DNA of 64,000 bases from Solirubrobacterales bacterium (GCA_021155855.1 JAJNAZ010000016.1:2249-66248), one strand, 5' to 3'; counted from the first letter of the stretch, positions 1 through 9,519 are shown. Notes: generated by a model from the letters alone, not told the origin. Numbers and translations are program-made.

Positions 1-411
1 GCGCCAGTAGAGCGCCCGCTCGACCTCGAGTCGCAGCAGTGGCCCAGGCGGCGGCTGGTCGCGGTACTGGGGGTACTTGGCGCTCAACGCCCGCAGGCCG
101 GAGGTGCCCGCGCCGAGATCGAGCACCGCGACACGGCCGAGAAGCTGAACCCAGGCGAGCCGGCTCCAATCGTCGTCGTAGCGATCGACGCAGAGCGCCG
201 CCTCGGCCCGCCGCCGCAGCCAGCGCACCCGGGCCGGCTCCGGCGTTCGCTTCGGCTTGCTGTCGATCGCGCTCCAGATCGCCGCGTCGGCGATCGCGAA
301 GGTGACCGGGAGCACCCGAGGGCGGTCGCCGTCGTCGGCGAAGGCGAGTCGGGCGACGCGCTCGGTCGCGATCAGGTCCCCGGCCCATGCGGGTAGCGTG
401 GCCAAGGTCAT
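1..411 (-). CDS. PPOX-fold probable F420-dependent enzyme (Rv0121/TIGR03668-like); 3' end runs off the window
   Basis: Not in the ORF track because there is no stop in the window. My reverse-strand translation from ATG at 411 reads MTLATLPAWAGDLIATERVARLAFADDGDRPRVLPVTFAIADAAIWSAIDSKPKRTPEPARVRWLRRRAEAALCVDRYDDDWSRLAWVQLLGR... The DxKPK and YDDDWSRLxWV motifs match my recollection of this family. The listed + ORF 39..305 is an Arg-rich shadow. Confidence 0.6.
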   Translation of the reverse strand, partial: MTLATLPAWAGDLIATERVARLAFADDGDRPRVLPVTFAIADAAIWSAIDSKPKRTPEPARVRWLRRRAEAALCVDRYDDDWSRLAWVQLLGRVAVLDLGAGTSGLRALSAKYPQYRDQPPPGPLLRLEVERALYWR

Positions 412-424
412 CCACCGAGGGTAA

Positions 425-650
425 GTGAGCCACCTCGAGCCGCTGGTGGCGCTCGCCGCCGCCGGCGCTCGGTCGACGCCACCTTCCGTCGCGTCACCGA
501 GTACGCGACGGCTGGATCATGGGCGGCGCTACCTCCAGGGCCTCGAGGCGGCCGGCTGCGACGAGCTGGTCGTGTTCCCCAGCTCGGCGGACCCCCGGCA
601 GGTCGACCTGCTCGCCGCAGCGGCGCTGGAGGCGGGCTGCAAGCCGGCGT
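425..650 (+). pseudogene. Possible remnant of the C-terminus of a luciferase-like (LLM) F420-dependent oxidoreductase
   Basis: ORF 425..760 contains RYLQGLEAAGCDELVVFPSSADPRQVDLLAAAAL. This resembles the C-terminal end of LLM-class oxidoreductases. Only ~15 nt separate it from the divergent upstream gene, so the ~250 aa N-terminal barrel is absent. The end coordinate is arbitrary. Confidence 0.25.
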
Positions 651-746
651 TCAGGTGTCACCCCGAGCCCGGCGAGTGCCCGGTGGGCCGTCTACGGTCG
701 GCGCGCGGATCCCCGCTCGTATCGATTCGAACAAGGAGACGGTCGA

Positions 747-1451
747 ATGGAAGCAGGTAGGCGACGCCCGCGGTTCGAGCCGACGCGGAGGCGAAGCGAC
801 CTCCCACGCAAGCTCGTGGTCGAGTTCATCGGCACGTTCTTCTTCGTCTTTGCGATCGGCACCGCGTTCAGCAATGCCGGCCGGTTCGCGCCGCTGGCGA
901 TCGGCTCGGCGCTGATGGTGATGGTGTTCGCCGGCGGTCACATCTCCGGCGGCCACTTCAACCCCGCGGTCAGCATCGCGGCGATGATCCGCGGCAAGCT
1001 GCCCGGCGACGAGTTCCTCCCCTATCTGTTCGCTCAGACCGCGGGCGCGATCGTCGCCGCGCTCGTCTTCCTCGGCGTCGAGGAGGAGGCCGTCGCGGGC
1101 GAGTTCGCCGGCGCCGGCACGATGCTCGTGGTCGAGTTCCTGTTCACCTTCGCCCTCTGCTGGGTCGTTTTGCACACGGCGACCGCCCTGGGGACCGAGG
1201 GAAATTCCTTCTACGGCCTCGCGATCGGGTTCACGTTCATGGTCGGCGTCTATGCGGTCGGCGCCCTCTCCGGTGGCGCCTTCAATCCCGCCGTCGCCCT
1301 CGGCGCGATGATCATGGGCTTCTTCGAGTGGAGCGACATCTGGATCTACCTGTTCGCCAACTTCCTCGGCGGCGGTGCGGCCGCGCTCGCGTTTCTCTAC
1401 GTGAACCCGGCCGAGGCACCGACGCCGCGCGAGGCGGTGCCGCAGCCCTAG
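747..1451 (+). CDS. MIP family channel (aquaporin/glycerol facilitator-like)
   Basis: Two NPA boxes are present (SGGHFNPAVS and SGGAFNPAVA) with six hydrophobic segments. ATG at 747 is preceded by AAGGAG at 733-738. The 5' part of ORF 519..1451 is Arg/Ser-rich and non-protein-like. Confidence 0.9.
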   Translation: MEAGRRRPRFEPTRRRSDLPRKLVVEFIGTFFFVFAIGTAFSNAGRFAPLAIGSALMVMVFAGGHISGGHFNPAVSIAAMIRGKLPGDEFLPYLFAQTAGAIVAALVFLGVEEEAVAGEFAGAGTMLVVEFLFTFALCWVVLHTATALGTEGNSFYGLAIGFTFMVGVYAVGALSGGAFNPAVALGAMIMGFFEWSDIWIYLFANFLGGGAAALAFLYVNPAEAPTPREAVPQP

Positions 1452-1502
1452 CCCCGGGTGCGCTCAGGGCCGGGTGCCCGCCAAGGGGTCAAGCGTTCGA
1501 GC

Positions 1503-2876
1503 TCAGCCGAGCTTCGGGCTCCGCCACGGCTGCTCGAGCCGGTCGGCGAGCAGCTCGCCGAGCTCGTCGGCGGGCACCCGGGTCTGCTCGAGCGAGTCGC
1601 GATCGCGCAGGGTGACGGTGCCGTTCTCCATCGTCTGACCGTCGACGGTCACCCCCCACGGGGTGCCGATCTCGTCCTGGCGGCGGTAGCGCTTGCCGAT
1701 CGAGCCGCCCTCGTCGAACTCGGCCGGAATTCGGCGGCGCAGCGACTCGAAGACCTCCCGCGCCCGTTCGGGCATCCCCTCCTTGGATACCAGCGGCAGC
1801 ACCGCGACCTTGACCGGTGCGATCCGCGGGTGCAGCCGAAGCACGGTCCGTTGGCGACCCTCGACCTCCTCGGTGTCGTAGCCGTCGACGATCAAGGCGA
1901 GCACGGCACGGTCGACCCCGGCGGCGGGCTCGATCACGTGCGGCACGTAGCGCTCCTTGGTCTGCTGGTCGAAGTACTCGAGCTTCTCGCCCGAGAACTC
2001 GGCGTGCTGGGTGAGGTCGAAGTCGCCGCGGTTGGCGATCCCCTCGAGCTCCGACCATCCCATCGGGAACAGGTACTCGATGTCCGAGGTCGCCGAGGAG
2101 TAGTGCGAGAGCTCGTCGACGCCGTGGGGTCGCAGCATCAAATGGTCGGGGCGGATGCCGAGCTCGGTGTACCAGCGCATCCGTTCCTCGATCCAGTGGC
2201 GGTGCCACTTCTCCGCCTCGGCCGGGGGGACGAAGTACTCCATCTCCATCTGCTCGAACTCGCGGGTGCGGAAGATGAAGTTGCCGGTCGTGATCTCGTT
2301 GCGAAACGACTTGCCGATCTGCGCGATCCCGAACGGTGGCTTCTTGCGTGCGAACTGGAGCACGTTCTTGAAGTTGATGAAGATTCCCTGGGCGGTCTCG
2401 GGACGCAGGTAGGCGACCGAGGCCGAGTCGCGAACGGGCCCGACGTTGGTCTCGAACATGAGGTTGAACTCGCGCGCGTCGGTGAGCTCGCAGTCGGGGC
2501 CCTCGCCGGGCCGCACCGACGGCTTCCGTCCGCATTGCGCGTCCTCGAGCGCGTCGGCGCGAAAGCGCAGCTTGCAGGTCTTGCAGTCGACCAGCGGATC
2601 GGTGAAGCCGGCCAGATGCCCCGACGCCTCCCAGACCTTCGGGTGCTGGATGATCGCCGAGTCGATCGCGACGATGTCATCGCGATCCTGCAACATCGCC
2701 CGCCACCACTCGGCCTTGACGTTGTTCTTCAGCAGTACGCCGTAGTGGCCGTAGTCGTAGGTCGAGCCGACGCCGCCGTAGATCTCCGACGAGGGGAAGA
2801 TGAAGCCGCGCCGCTTGCACAGCGCGACTGCCTCGTCGAGGCTCGGGTCGGCACTGGTAACGGGGGCGTCGGTCAC
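1503..2876 (-). CDS. glyQS: Glycine--tRNA ligase (alpha2 homodimeric type)
   Basis: 457 aa. N-terminus CKRRGFIFPSSEIYGGVGSTYDYGHYGVLLKNNVKAEWW plus full-length class II GlyRS features. GTG start. Confidence 0.95.
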   Translation of the reverse strand: MTDAPVTSADPSLDEAVALCKRRGFIFPSSEIYGGVGSTYDYGHYGVLLKNNVKAEWWRAMLQDRDDIVAIDSAIIQHPKVWEASGHLAGFTDPLVDCKTCKLRFRADALEDAQCGRKPSVRPGEGPDCELTDAREFNLMFETNVGPVRDSASVAYLRPETAQGIFINFKNVLQFARKKPPFGIAQIGKSFRNEITTGNFIFRTREFEQMEMEYFVPPAEAEKWHRHWIEERMRWYTELGIRPDHLMLRPHGVDELSHYSSATSDIEYLFPMGWSELEGIANRGDFDLTQHAEFSGEKLEYFDQQTKERYVPHVIEPAAGVDRAVLALIVDGYDTEEVEGRQRTVLRLHPRIAPVKVAVLPLVSKEGMPERAREVFESLRRRIPAEFDEGGSIGKRYRRQDEIGTPWGVTVDGQTMENGTVTLRDRDSLEQTRVPADELGELLADRLEQPWRSPKLG

Positions 2877-2989
2877 CCGGGAAAGGTAACCGTCGCGGCC
2901 GCGGCTACTTCGCCCGGACGGTGAGCTTGGTCCGCTTGCCCCCTCATCTCGCCGACGAGCATGGACCCGCTGCCATACTCACGCGCCAC

Positions 2990-3298
2990 ATGCCGATCTA
3001 CGAGTACCGCTGTCCCAACGGTCACAGCTTCGAGGTCTTCCAGTCGATGTCCGAGGACCCGGTGACCACCTGCGAGCAGTGCGCCGCCCCGGTCGAGCGC
3101 GTCTTTCACCCCGTCGCGGTGCACTTCAAGGGCTCGGGCTTCTACACCACCGACTACGCCAAGAAGGGCGCCGCCACGGCGGCGGCCGACGACGGCGGGT
3201 CGAAGTCCGACTCGAAGTCAGAATCCAAGAAGACCGAGACGAAAAAGTCCGACTCGGGATCGAGCAAGTCAGGTAAGGGGGGCGGCTCGGGCGACTGA
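2990..3298 (+). CDS. FmdB-family putative regulatory zinc-ribbon protein with Lys/Ser-rich tail
   Basis: MPIYEYRCPNGHSFEVFQSMSEDPVTTCEQCAAPVERV is the classic CxxC...CxxC FmdB signature. The internal ATG at 2990 was chosen over ORF start 2921. Confidence 0.8.
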   Translation: MPIYEYRCPNGHSFEVFQSMSEDPVTTCEQCAAPVERVFHPVAVHFKGSGFYTTDYAKKGAATAAADDGGSKSDSKSESKKTETKKSDSGSSKSGKGGGSGD

Positions 3299-3417
3299 AG
3301 GCTGCCTGGCGCTTTGCGGAGAGACGATCAGGTTGCCGGCCCCGGTGGTGCCCGAGGGTTCCAGCACGTCGGTGCCTCCGCCGCCGATCGCGGCCGAGAT
3401 CACGAGCTGGGGCATGG

Positions 3418-4467
3418 TCAGGGCGCCCATGCTCGAGACCACAGGGCGCCCATGCTCGAGACCATCGCCTTGGGGGCCTTCCAGCCGATCAGCGGCCCCT
3501 TGATGAAGTTCAGCGGCAGGCTGGTGATGCTGGTCAGCTTGCCCTTGATCCCGTCGAGGATCAGCTGCTGGAACTGGGCCCGCTCCAGGTCGCCGCCCCC
3601 GAACCCTTCCGACGGGCAATCGTTCGAGCGGGTGCGCGCCAGGGTGATCGCCTGGAAGCCGTCGAGCTCGTTCTCGCCCTGCTCGAGATCGAGGTTGAAG
3701 GCACCCTCCGAGACGCTGGCGCAGACGTCGGTCGGCAGGTCGACCTCGATCCCGCCAATCGTGTCGATGAAGCTGCGAAGGCCGTCGAAGTCGATGATCG
3801 CCACCTGGTCGATGTCGATCCCGAGCAGGCCCTCGACCGTGCGCACGGCGAGCTTCGCGCCGCCGGAGGCGTAGGCCGAGTTGATCTTCTGCGGCCCCTG
3901 GCCGGGGACCTCGGCGAGCGTGTCGCGGGGGATCGACAGCTTGCGGAAGGTGCCGCGCCCGGAGCGGATCAGCATGATCGTGTCGGAGCGGTAGGGCGAG
4001 TTCTTGCAGCTCGCGTCCTTGGGGCGGCCGCTGATCACCGCCTCGAGGCAGTTCTCCGGCTCCGCCTCCTCGGGGCCGGCGAAGGCGCCCGAGCGCACGT
4101 CGGTGCCGAGCACCAGGATCGTCTGCGGGAGCCCGAGCATGAACGGGTTGCCGTCGAGGGTCTTCGAGACGCCGTCGGCGAGCTTCCACTTCTGGATCTG
4201 GGCCGAGAGCGCGAAGGCGGCGAAGCTGAGCACGATCCATGCGAGCGCCGCGATCCCCGCCCACTTCAGGATCCGCCGCCAAAGCGGTCGCTCGTCGGGC
4301 GGCGCCGTCGGCGCCTTCTCCTCGCCGCCGCCGCGCTTGAGCTTGTCGGTGAGCCGTGAGAGATCCGGCTTGCGGACCATGTCTCCGAGCCGCCGCCGCG
4401 ACTTGTAGACCGTGTAGTCGGGCTTCTCGGGCGGCGGCGGGCGCTCGCCTTCGTCTGGGGGCGACAT
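3418..4467 (-). CDS. LCP (LytR-CpsA-Psr) family cell-envelope phosphotransferase; C-terminus apparently truncated by a 23-bp tandem duplication
   Basis: N-terminal TM (WAGIAALAWIVLSFAAFAL) and LCP motifs: LVLGTD, RSDTIMLIR, SIPRD, INSAYASGG, IDFDG. Start is ATG at 4467; the upstream part of ORF 3418..4701 is Arg/Pro-rich. Confidence 0.85.
   Translation of the reverse strand: MSPPDEGERPPPPEKPDYTVYKSRRRLGDMVRKPDLSRLTDKLKRGGGEEKAPTAPPDERPLWRRILKWAGIAALAWIVLSFAAFALSAQIQKWKLADGVSKTLDGNPFMLGLPQTILVLGTDVRSGAFAGPEEAEPENCLEAVISGRPKDASCKNSPYRSDTIMLIRSGRGTFRKLSIPRDTLAEVPGQGPQKINSAYASGGAKLAVRTVEGLLGIDIDQVAIIDFDGLRSFIDTIGGIEVDLPTDVCASVSEGAFNLDLEQGENELDGFQAITLARTRSNDCPSEGFGGGDLERAQFQQLILDGIKGKLTSITSLPLNFIKGPLIGWKAPKAMVSSMGALWSRAWAP
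3421..3466. repeat. Tandem direct duplication with a 23-bp period (gggcgcccatgctcgagacca + 2 nt, twice)
   Basis: Read directly: 3421-3441 and 3444-3464 are identical 21-mers separated by 2 nt. Confidence 0.9.
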
Positions 4468-4520
4468 GTCAGCTATCAATACCTCATGCCCCGCGAGAAC
4501 TCCTGCCCGCGCGCCAACTC

Positions 4521-5468
4521 GTGAGGGCCGCGATAGGGGCCGATCTCGGCGGCACGAAGATGGCGATCGGGGTGGTCGACGCCGACCACAACGTCCTTTA
4601 TCGGGCGACCGAGCGCACCTTCGGCCGGGACCTCGACCAGCTCCTCGACGAGCTCGAATCGGAGCTGCACGAGGCGCGACGGGCGTGCCCGGAGGCGACA
4701 TCGCTGGGGATCGGGATCCCGTCGACGCTCGACCACGAGCGCGGCACCGCGATCAGCTCGGTCAATTTGCCGATCGTCGACGTCCCGTTCCGGGACCTGG
4801 TCGCGGAGCGCATGGGGATGCCGACATTCATCGACAACGACGCGAACCTGGCGGCGCTCGCCGAGCATCGCTTCGGCGCCGCCAAGGGAACCGAGAACGC
4901 GATCCTGCTCACGATCGGCACCGGAATCGGCGGCGGGCTGGTGCTCGGGGGTGAGCTGTACCGCGGCTCGACCGGCGCCGGAGCCGAGCTCGGCCACGTG
5001 GTCATCGATCAGGCGGGTCCTCCGTGTCAGGGCAATTGCCCGAATCGCGGCTGCGTCGAGGTGCTCGCCTCCGGGACCGCGCTCGGCCGTGAGGGTCGGA
5101 TCGCCGCCGAGACCCATCCCGGCTCGGCGCTCCGCCGCACCCTCGCCCGCGGTGAGGAGGTCACCGGGAGGCTGGTCACCGAGGTGGCGATCGCCGGCGA
5201 CGGGATCGCGGTCGAGGTGGTCGCGACGATCGGCCGGCGGCTCGGGGTGGCGCTCTCCAGCCTCGCCAACATATTTGAGCCCGAGGTGGTCGTGATCGGC
5301 GGCGGCGTCTCGGCCGCCGGCGACCTGCTGCTCGAGCCCGCCCGCGAGCAGCTGCGCACCCGCGCGCTGCCGCCGATGAACGGAACCCCGGTGGTGCCCG
5401 CGGCGCTCGGTCCGGACGCCGGGATGATCGGCGCCGCCGAGATGGCGCTCGAGGAGTCGGCGGACTGA
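4521..5468 (+). CDS. ROK family sugar kinase (glucokinase-like)
   Basis: IGADLGGTKMAIGVVD ATP-binding start, LTIGTGIGGG, and the ROK zinc motif CQGNCPNRGCVE. An in-frame GTG at 4521 was chosen. It is divergent from the LCP gene with a 53-nt spacer. Confidence 0.85.
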   Translation: MRAAIGADLGGTKMAIGVVDADHNVLYRATERTFGRDLDQLLDELESELHEARRACPEATSLGIGIPSTLDHERGTAISSVNLPIVDVPFRDLVAERMGMPTFIDNDANLAALAEHRFGAAKGTENAILLTIGTGIGGGLVLGGELYRGSTGAGAELGHVVIDQAGPPCQGNCPNRGCVEVLASGTALGREGRIAAETHPGSALRRTLARGEEVTGRLVTEVAIAGDGIAVEVVATIGRRLGVALSSLANIFEPEVVVIGGGVSAAGDLLLEPAREQLRTRALPPMNGTPVVPAALGPDAGMIGAAEMALEESAD

Positions 5469-6292
5469 TGGCCGGCCGGCTCACCGTCTGCCCGACACCG
5501 ATCGGAAACGTCGAGGATCTCAGCCCGCGGGCCCGCCGGGCGCTCGGCGAGGCCGACCTGGTCGCCTGCGAGGACACCCGCCGCGCCGGGCGCCTCTACG
5601 AGCGGCTCGAGATCGAGCGGCCGCGGCTGGTCTCCAACCACGAGGGCAACGAGGCCGAACGGGCGCGCCAGCTCTCCCAGCAGATCGAGCGCGGTGCCCG
5701 CGTGGTGCTGGTCTCCGACGCCGGCACGCCCGTGATCTCCGACCCCGGCTTCCGCCTGATCCGCGCCTGCATCGAGCGCGACCTCGAGGTCGAGGTGCTC
5801 CCCGGGCCGTCGGCGGTGACCACCGCCCTGGTCGCCTCCGGGCTGCCGGCGGACCGCTGGCGCTTCGAGGGCTTTCTGCCCCGCCGCGCGGGCGAGCTCG
5901 AACGGGTGCTGACCTCGCCCGAGACCGTGGTCGCGTTCGAGTCGCCGCGGCGGCTGCCCGCCTCGCTGGCGGCGCTGGCGGCGCTCGCTCCCGACCGCAG
6001 CGCCGCGGTTTGCCGCGAGCTGACCAAGCTCCACGAGGAGATCGCCAGGGGCACCCTGGGCGAGCTCGCGCGCCGCTTTCGCGCCGAGGCCAAGGGCGAG
6101 ATCGTGCTCGTGCTCGGCCCCGCCGAGAGCGGCAACGCCGGGCCCGACATCGCCTTCGCCGTCGACGCCCTGCGGCGCCTGGTCCAGTCCGGCGCCCGCC
6201 CGCGCGCGGCCGCCAGCGTCGTCGCCGCGCTCACCGGGACGCGCGCGAACGATCTCTACCGGGCGCTCACGGGCCGCGATCCGCGCCAGTAG
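5468..6292 (+). CDS. rsmI: 16S rRNA (cytidine1402-2'-O)-methyltransferase
   Basis: GRLTVCPTPIGNVEDLSPRARRALGEADLVACEDTRRAGRL... is a tetrapyrrole-methylase-fold RsmI signature. ATGA overlap with the ROK stop codon. Confidence 0.9.
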   Translation: MAGRLTVCPTPIGNVEDLSPRARRALGEADLVACEDTRRAGRLYERLEIERPRLVSNHEGNEAERARQLSQQIERGARVVLVSDAGTPVISDPGFRLIRACIERDLEVEVLPGPSAVTTALVASGLPADRWRFEGFLPRRAGELERVLTSPETVVAFESPRRLPASLAALAALAPDRSAAVCRELTKLHEEIARGTLGELARRFRAEAKGEIVLVLGPAESGNAGPDIAFAVDALRRLVQSGARPRAAASVVAALTGTRANDLYRALTGRDPRQ

Positions 6293-6496
6293 GCATCACT
6301 GAGCGTTCTCCTCGTGCCTGGCTAAGACTCGGTTAAGTGTCCAGCGCCGCGCTCGCCACCGGCGTGAGCGACTAGGATGCCCGCGGGTACGAATCCCTGG
6401 GCAACAGCGCCCTTGCGGGGAGGCCAGGACGCGCATCCCCGCTGGATCGCATGGAAGCCACCAGGTAGAGAGGAGCAAGGCAAACGCCGTCCCCGC

Positions 6497-7885
6497 GTGC
6501 AGGGAGAGCAGCCGCATAAGGCAGGATCGGGACGGCTCGTGGCGCGGATCGCAGGGGTGGGTGCGCTGGTGGTCGCGGTGGTGCTCGTCGCGCTGCTTCT
6601 GCTCGGCGGCGACGACGGCCACGAGTACAACCTCCTGTTCGAGACCGGGGGCCAGCTCGTGCCCGACAACCAGGTCCTGGTCGGCGGTCAGCCGGTGGGC
6701 ACGATCGACGAGATCTCGCTCACCGAGGACGCCCAGGCCGAGGTCAAGATCACCACCGACGAGCCGCTGCACGAGGGCACCACGGCGGTGATCAGGTCGA
6801 CCTCGCTCTCGGGGATCGCGAACCGCTACATCTCGCTCTCGCCCGGGCCCGACAACGCCGAGGAGATCCCCGACGGCGGCACGATCACGAGCGCGCGGAC
6901 GACCTCGCCGGTCGACCTCGACCAGCTCTTCAACACCCTCGACGCCCCCACCCGTGTAGCGCTGCAGAAGGTGATCCAGGGCCAGGGAACGCTCTACACC
7001 GGCAATTACGCGGAGGCGCGCGAGACCTACAAGTACTTCGCGCCCGGGCTGCAGGCCACCGAGCGCTTGCTGGCCGAGCTCAACCGCGACCAGTCCTCGC
7101 TGAGCCGCTTCTTGGTCGAGGGCTCGGGGGCGCTGGGCGCGATCGCCGAGCGCCGCGACGACCTCTCGGCGCTGATCTCGAACGCGAACCAGGCGCTCGG
7201 CGCGATCGCCGAGCGCAACCGCGACCTCGACCGGACGCTGGTCGCGCTGCCTCCGGCGATGCGCCAGGCGAACACGACCTTCGTCAACCTGCGCGCGGCG
7301 CTCGACGACCTCGATCCGCTGGTCGCCGACTCACTGGTCGGGACGCGTGACCTGGCGCCGTTCCTGCGCGATCTGCGCTCGGTGGTGGACCCGGCGATTC
7401 CGGTCTTCGGCGACCTCACCGAGACGGTCGCCCGCCCGGGGCAGAACAACGATCTCACCGATGCGCTGCGGACCACGGTCGGCGCCCAGAAGGCCTCCGG
7501 GCGATCGGTCGGCCCGACGCTGACCGCGCTCGACGACGCGCAGCCGAACATCGAGTTCGCGGTCCCCTACACGCCCGAGCTGATGTCGTTCATCGCCAAG
7601 CTCGGCCAGGTGACCTCGTACTACGACGCAAACGGCCACTACGCCCGCGTGCTGCCGGCGGCGGCGAACCTGTTCCGCAACAACCCCGGCGGAGACCTGA
7701 CCCCGATCCCGCCCTCTCAGCAGTTCGACCAGATCGCCGAGCAGGGCCTGGGCCCGTTCCTCCGCTGCCCCGGCGGCTCGACCCAGGCCAACGCCGGTTG
7801 GCCCTCGCCGACCGACCATCCGTTCCTCGGCGGTGGCACCCTGGACGGCGAATGTGATCCCGACGCGGTCCCGCCCGGGCCATGA
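6497..7885 (+). CDS. Mce/MlaD-domain protein 1 of 6
   Basis: TM anchor (LVARIAGVGALVVAVVLVALLLL) followed by an MlaD fold start: YNLLFETGGQLVPDNQVLVGGQPVGTIDEISL. The start is uncertain (GTG 6497 or GTG 6539; the ORF opens at 6377). Confidence 0.8.
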   Translation: MQGEQPHKAGSGRLVARIAGVGALVVAVVLVALLLLGGDDGHEYNLLFETGGQLVPDNQVLVGGQPVGTIDEISLTEDAQAEVKITTDEPLHEGTTAVIRSTSLSGIANRYISLSPGPDNAEEIPDGGTITSARTTSPVDLDQLFNTLDAPTRVALQKVIQGQGTLYTGNYAEARETYKYFAPGLQATERLLAELNRDQSSLSRFLVEGSGALGAIAERRDDLSALISNANQALGAIAERNRDLDRTLVALPPAMRQANTTFVNLRAALDDLDPLVADSLVGTRDLAPFLRDLRSVVDPAIPVFGDLTETVARPGQNNDLTDALRTTVGAQKASGRSVGPTLTALDDAQPNIEFAVPYTPELMSFIAKLGQVTSYYDANGHYARVLPAAANLFRNNPGGDLTPIPPSQQFDQIAEQGLGPFLRCPGGSTQANAGWPSPTDHPFLGGGTLDGECDPDAVPPGP

Positions 7886-9519
7886 GGCGGATCGCCGCGA
7901 TCATCGCCGCGCTGATCGCCGTCGTCGCGATCCTCGCCACCGGCACCGCCAGCGGCGGCGACGACGGCAACTACGAGGTCCGCGCGATCTTCGACAACGC
8001 CGCCTTCCTCGTCCCCGGTGAGGAGGTCCGGGTCGCGGGCGCCAACGTCGGCGTGGTCAGCGACGTCGAGGTCACCGGGCTCGAGGAACCCGTGCACGAG
8101 GACGGCAGCCCCGATCCCGGCAAGGCGGCGGTGGTGTTGCGGATCGACGACCCGGGCTTCCAGGACTTCCGCGAGGACGCCTCCTGCCTGATCCGGCCGC
8201 AGTCGCTGATCGGCGAGAAGTACGTCGAGTGCGAGCCGACCCAGCCGCGCGCCGCGGGCAGCGCTGCACCGCCGGCGCTCGAGGAGGTTGGCGAGGGCGA
8301 GCCGGGCGAGGGCCAGCGCCTGCTGCCGCTCGAGAGCAACGGCAAGGCGGTCGACCTCGACCTGGTCAACAACATCATGAAGGAGCCCTATCCGGACCGC
8401 TTCCGCCTGATCCTCAACAGCCTCGGCGCCGGCCTCGCCGCCCGCGGCGAGGAGCTCGACGAGATCATCGAGCGGGCCAACCCGGCGCTGCGCGAGACCA
8501 ACGAAGTGCTCGCGGTGCTCGGGCGCCAGAACCGGACCCTGGCCGACCTCGCCGCCAACTCCGACCGCGTGATCGGCGAGCTGGCGCGCCAGCGCACCTC
8601 GATCGCCGGCTTCATCAACTCGTCCGAGGTCGCCGGCCGCGCCACCGCCAACCAGCGTCCGTCGCTCGAGGAGAGCCTGCGGAAGTTCCCGGGCTTTTTG
8701 CGCGAGCTGCGCTCGACGATGAACCGGCTCGACGCCTTCGCCACGGCGGCGGCGCCGGTGCTCGCCGACTTCCGCGCCGCGGCCCCGGCGCTGACCCGCG
8801 CGACCGTGGACCTGGGCCCGTTCGCGGACGCCAGCACCGGCGCGCTGACGAGCCTCGGCGACGCGGCCGAGGCCGCCGGTCCGGATCTGGTCAGCGCCGA
8901 GCCGGTGATCCGGCAGGTGCGCCGCCTGGCGCGCGCGGGCCAGCCGGCGACCAAGAACCTCGGCCGCTTCCTCGCCAGCCTGCGCAAGACCGAGGGCTTC
9001 CGCTTCCTCGCCGAGCTGCTCTACAACACGGGCGGCGCGATCAACTCCTTCGACCAGTACGGCCATTGGCTGCGCGCCCTGCTGCCGCTGAACAACTGCG
9101 TCGACTACGAGTCGATCCCCGAGCCGGGCTGCAGCGCCACCTTCGCAACCACCTCGACCGCTGCGTCGGCCGCCGGATATGCGCGCAGTTGGCAGCAGCA
9201 GATGCTCGACCGGATCGCCGCCGCCGGCGACGGCGAGCGTGGCGAGCGTCCTTCCCCTGCGCCGCGCTCGGGCGAGTCCCGCGCCCGCCCGCGGGCCCGG
9301 GCCGCGGGCGGCGGTGAAGCTCGGCCCGGCCGGGCCGAGTCCGACGCCGCGCCCGAGGCGCAGCGGGACGCGACCCCGGTCGACCCGGAGGCCGCTCCCG
9401 ACCCGACCGCCGATCCGCGCACCGCGGGCGACCCGGGGGCGCAGTTGCGCGCCGCGAGGGATCTGCTCGACTTCCTGATCGGCGACTCCGCCCGCGCGCG
9501 TGAGGACGGAGACGCATGA
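7882..9519 (+). CDS. Mce/MlaD-domain protein 2 of 6, with a disordered Pro/Ala/Arg-rich C-terminal tail
   Basis: MRRIAAIIAALIAVVAILATG..YEVRAIFDNAAFLVPGEEVRVAGANVGVVSDVEV. ATGA overlap with the preceding gene. Confidence 0.85.
   Translation: MRRIAAIIAALIAVVAILATGTASGGDDGNYEVRAIFDNAAFLVPGEEVRVAGANVGVVSDVEVTGLEEPVHEDGSPDPGKAAVVLRIDDPGFQDFREDASCLIRPQSLIGEKYVECEPTQPRAAGSAAPPALEEVGEGEPGEGQRLLPLESNGKAVDLDLVNNIMKEPYPDRFRLILNSLGAGLAARGEELDEIIERANPALRETNEVLAVLGRQNRTLADLAANSDRVIGELARQRTSIAGFINSSEVAGRATANQRPSLEESLRKFPGFLRELRSTMNRLDAFATAAAPVLADFRAAAPALTRATVDLGPFADASTGALTSLGDAAEAAGPDLVSAEPVIRQVRRLARAGQPATKNLGRFLASLRKTEGFRFLAELLYNTGGAINSFDQYGHWLRALLPLNNCVDYESIPEPGCSATFATTSTAASAAGYARSWQQQMLDRIAAAGDGERGERPSPAPRSGESRARPRARAAGGGEARPGRAESDAAPEAQRDATPVDPEAAPDPTADPRTAGDPGAQLRAARDLLDFLIGDSARAREDGDA

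Noticed and set aside
39-305. + strand ORF 39..305 (88 aa) at the left edge.
   Set aside because: It is Arg/Pro/Ala-rich nonsense. The opposite strand gives a clean PPOX-family translation from ATG 411.
6293-6496. KstR/TetR-type operator (TnnAACnnGTTnnA) or another recognisable regulatory site upstream of the mce hexad. The slightly AT-richer stretch ctggctaagactcggttaagtgtccag drew my attention.
   Set aside because: I could find no convincing inverted repeat or KstR-like match by eye. I do not want to call a promoter from composition alone.
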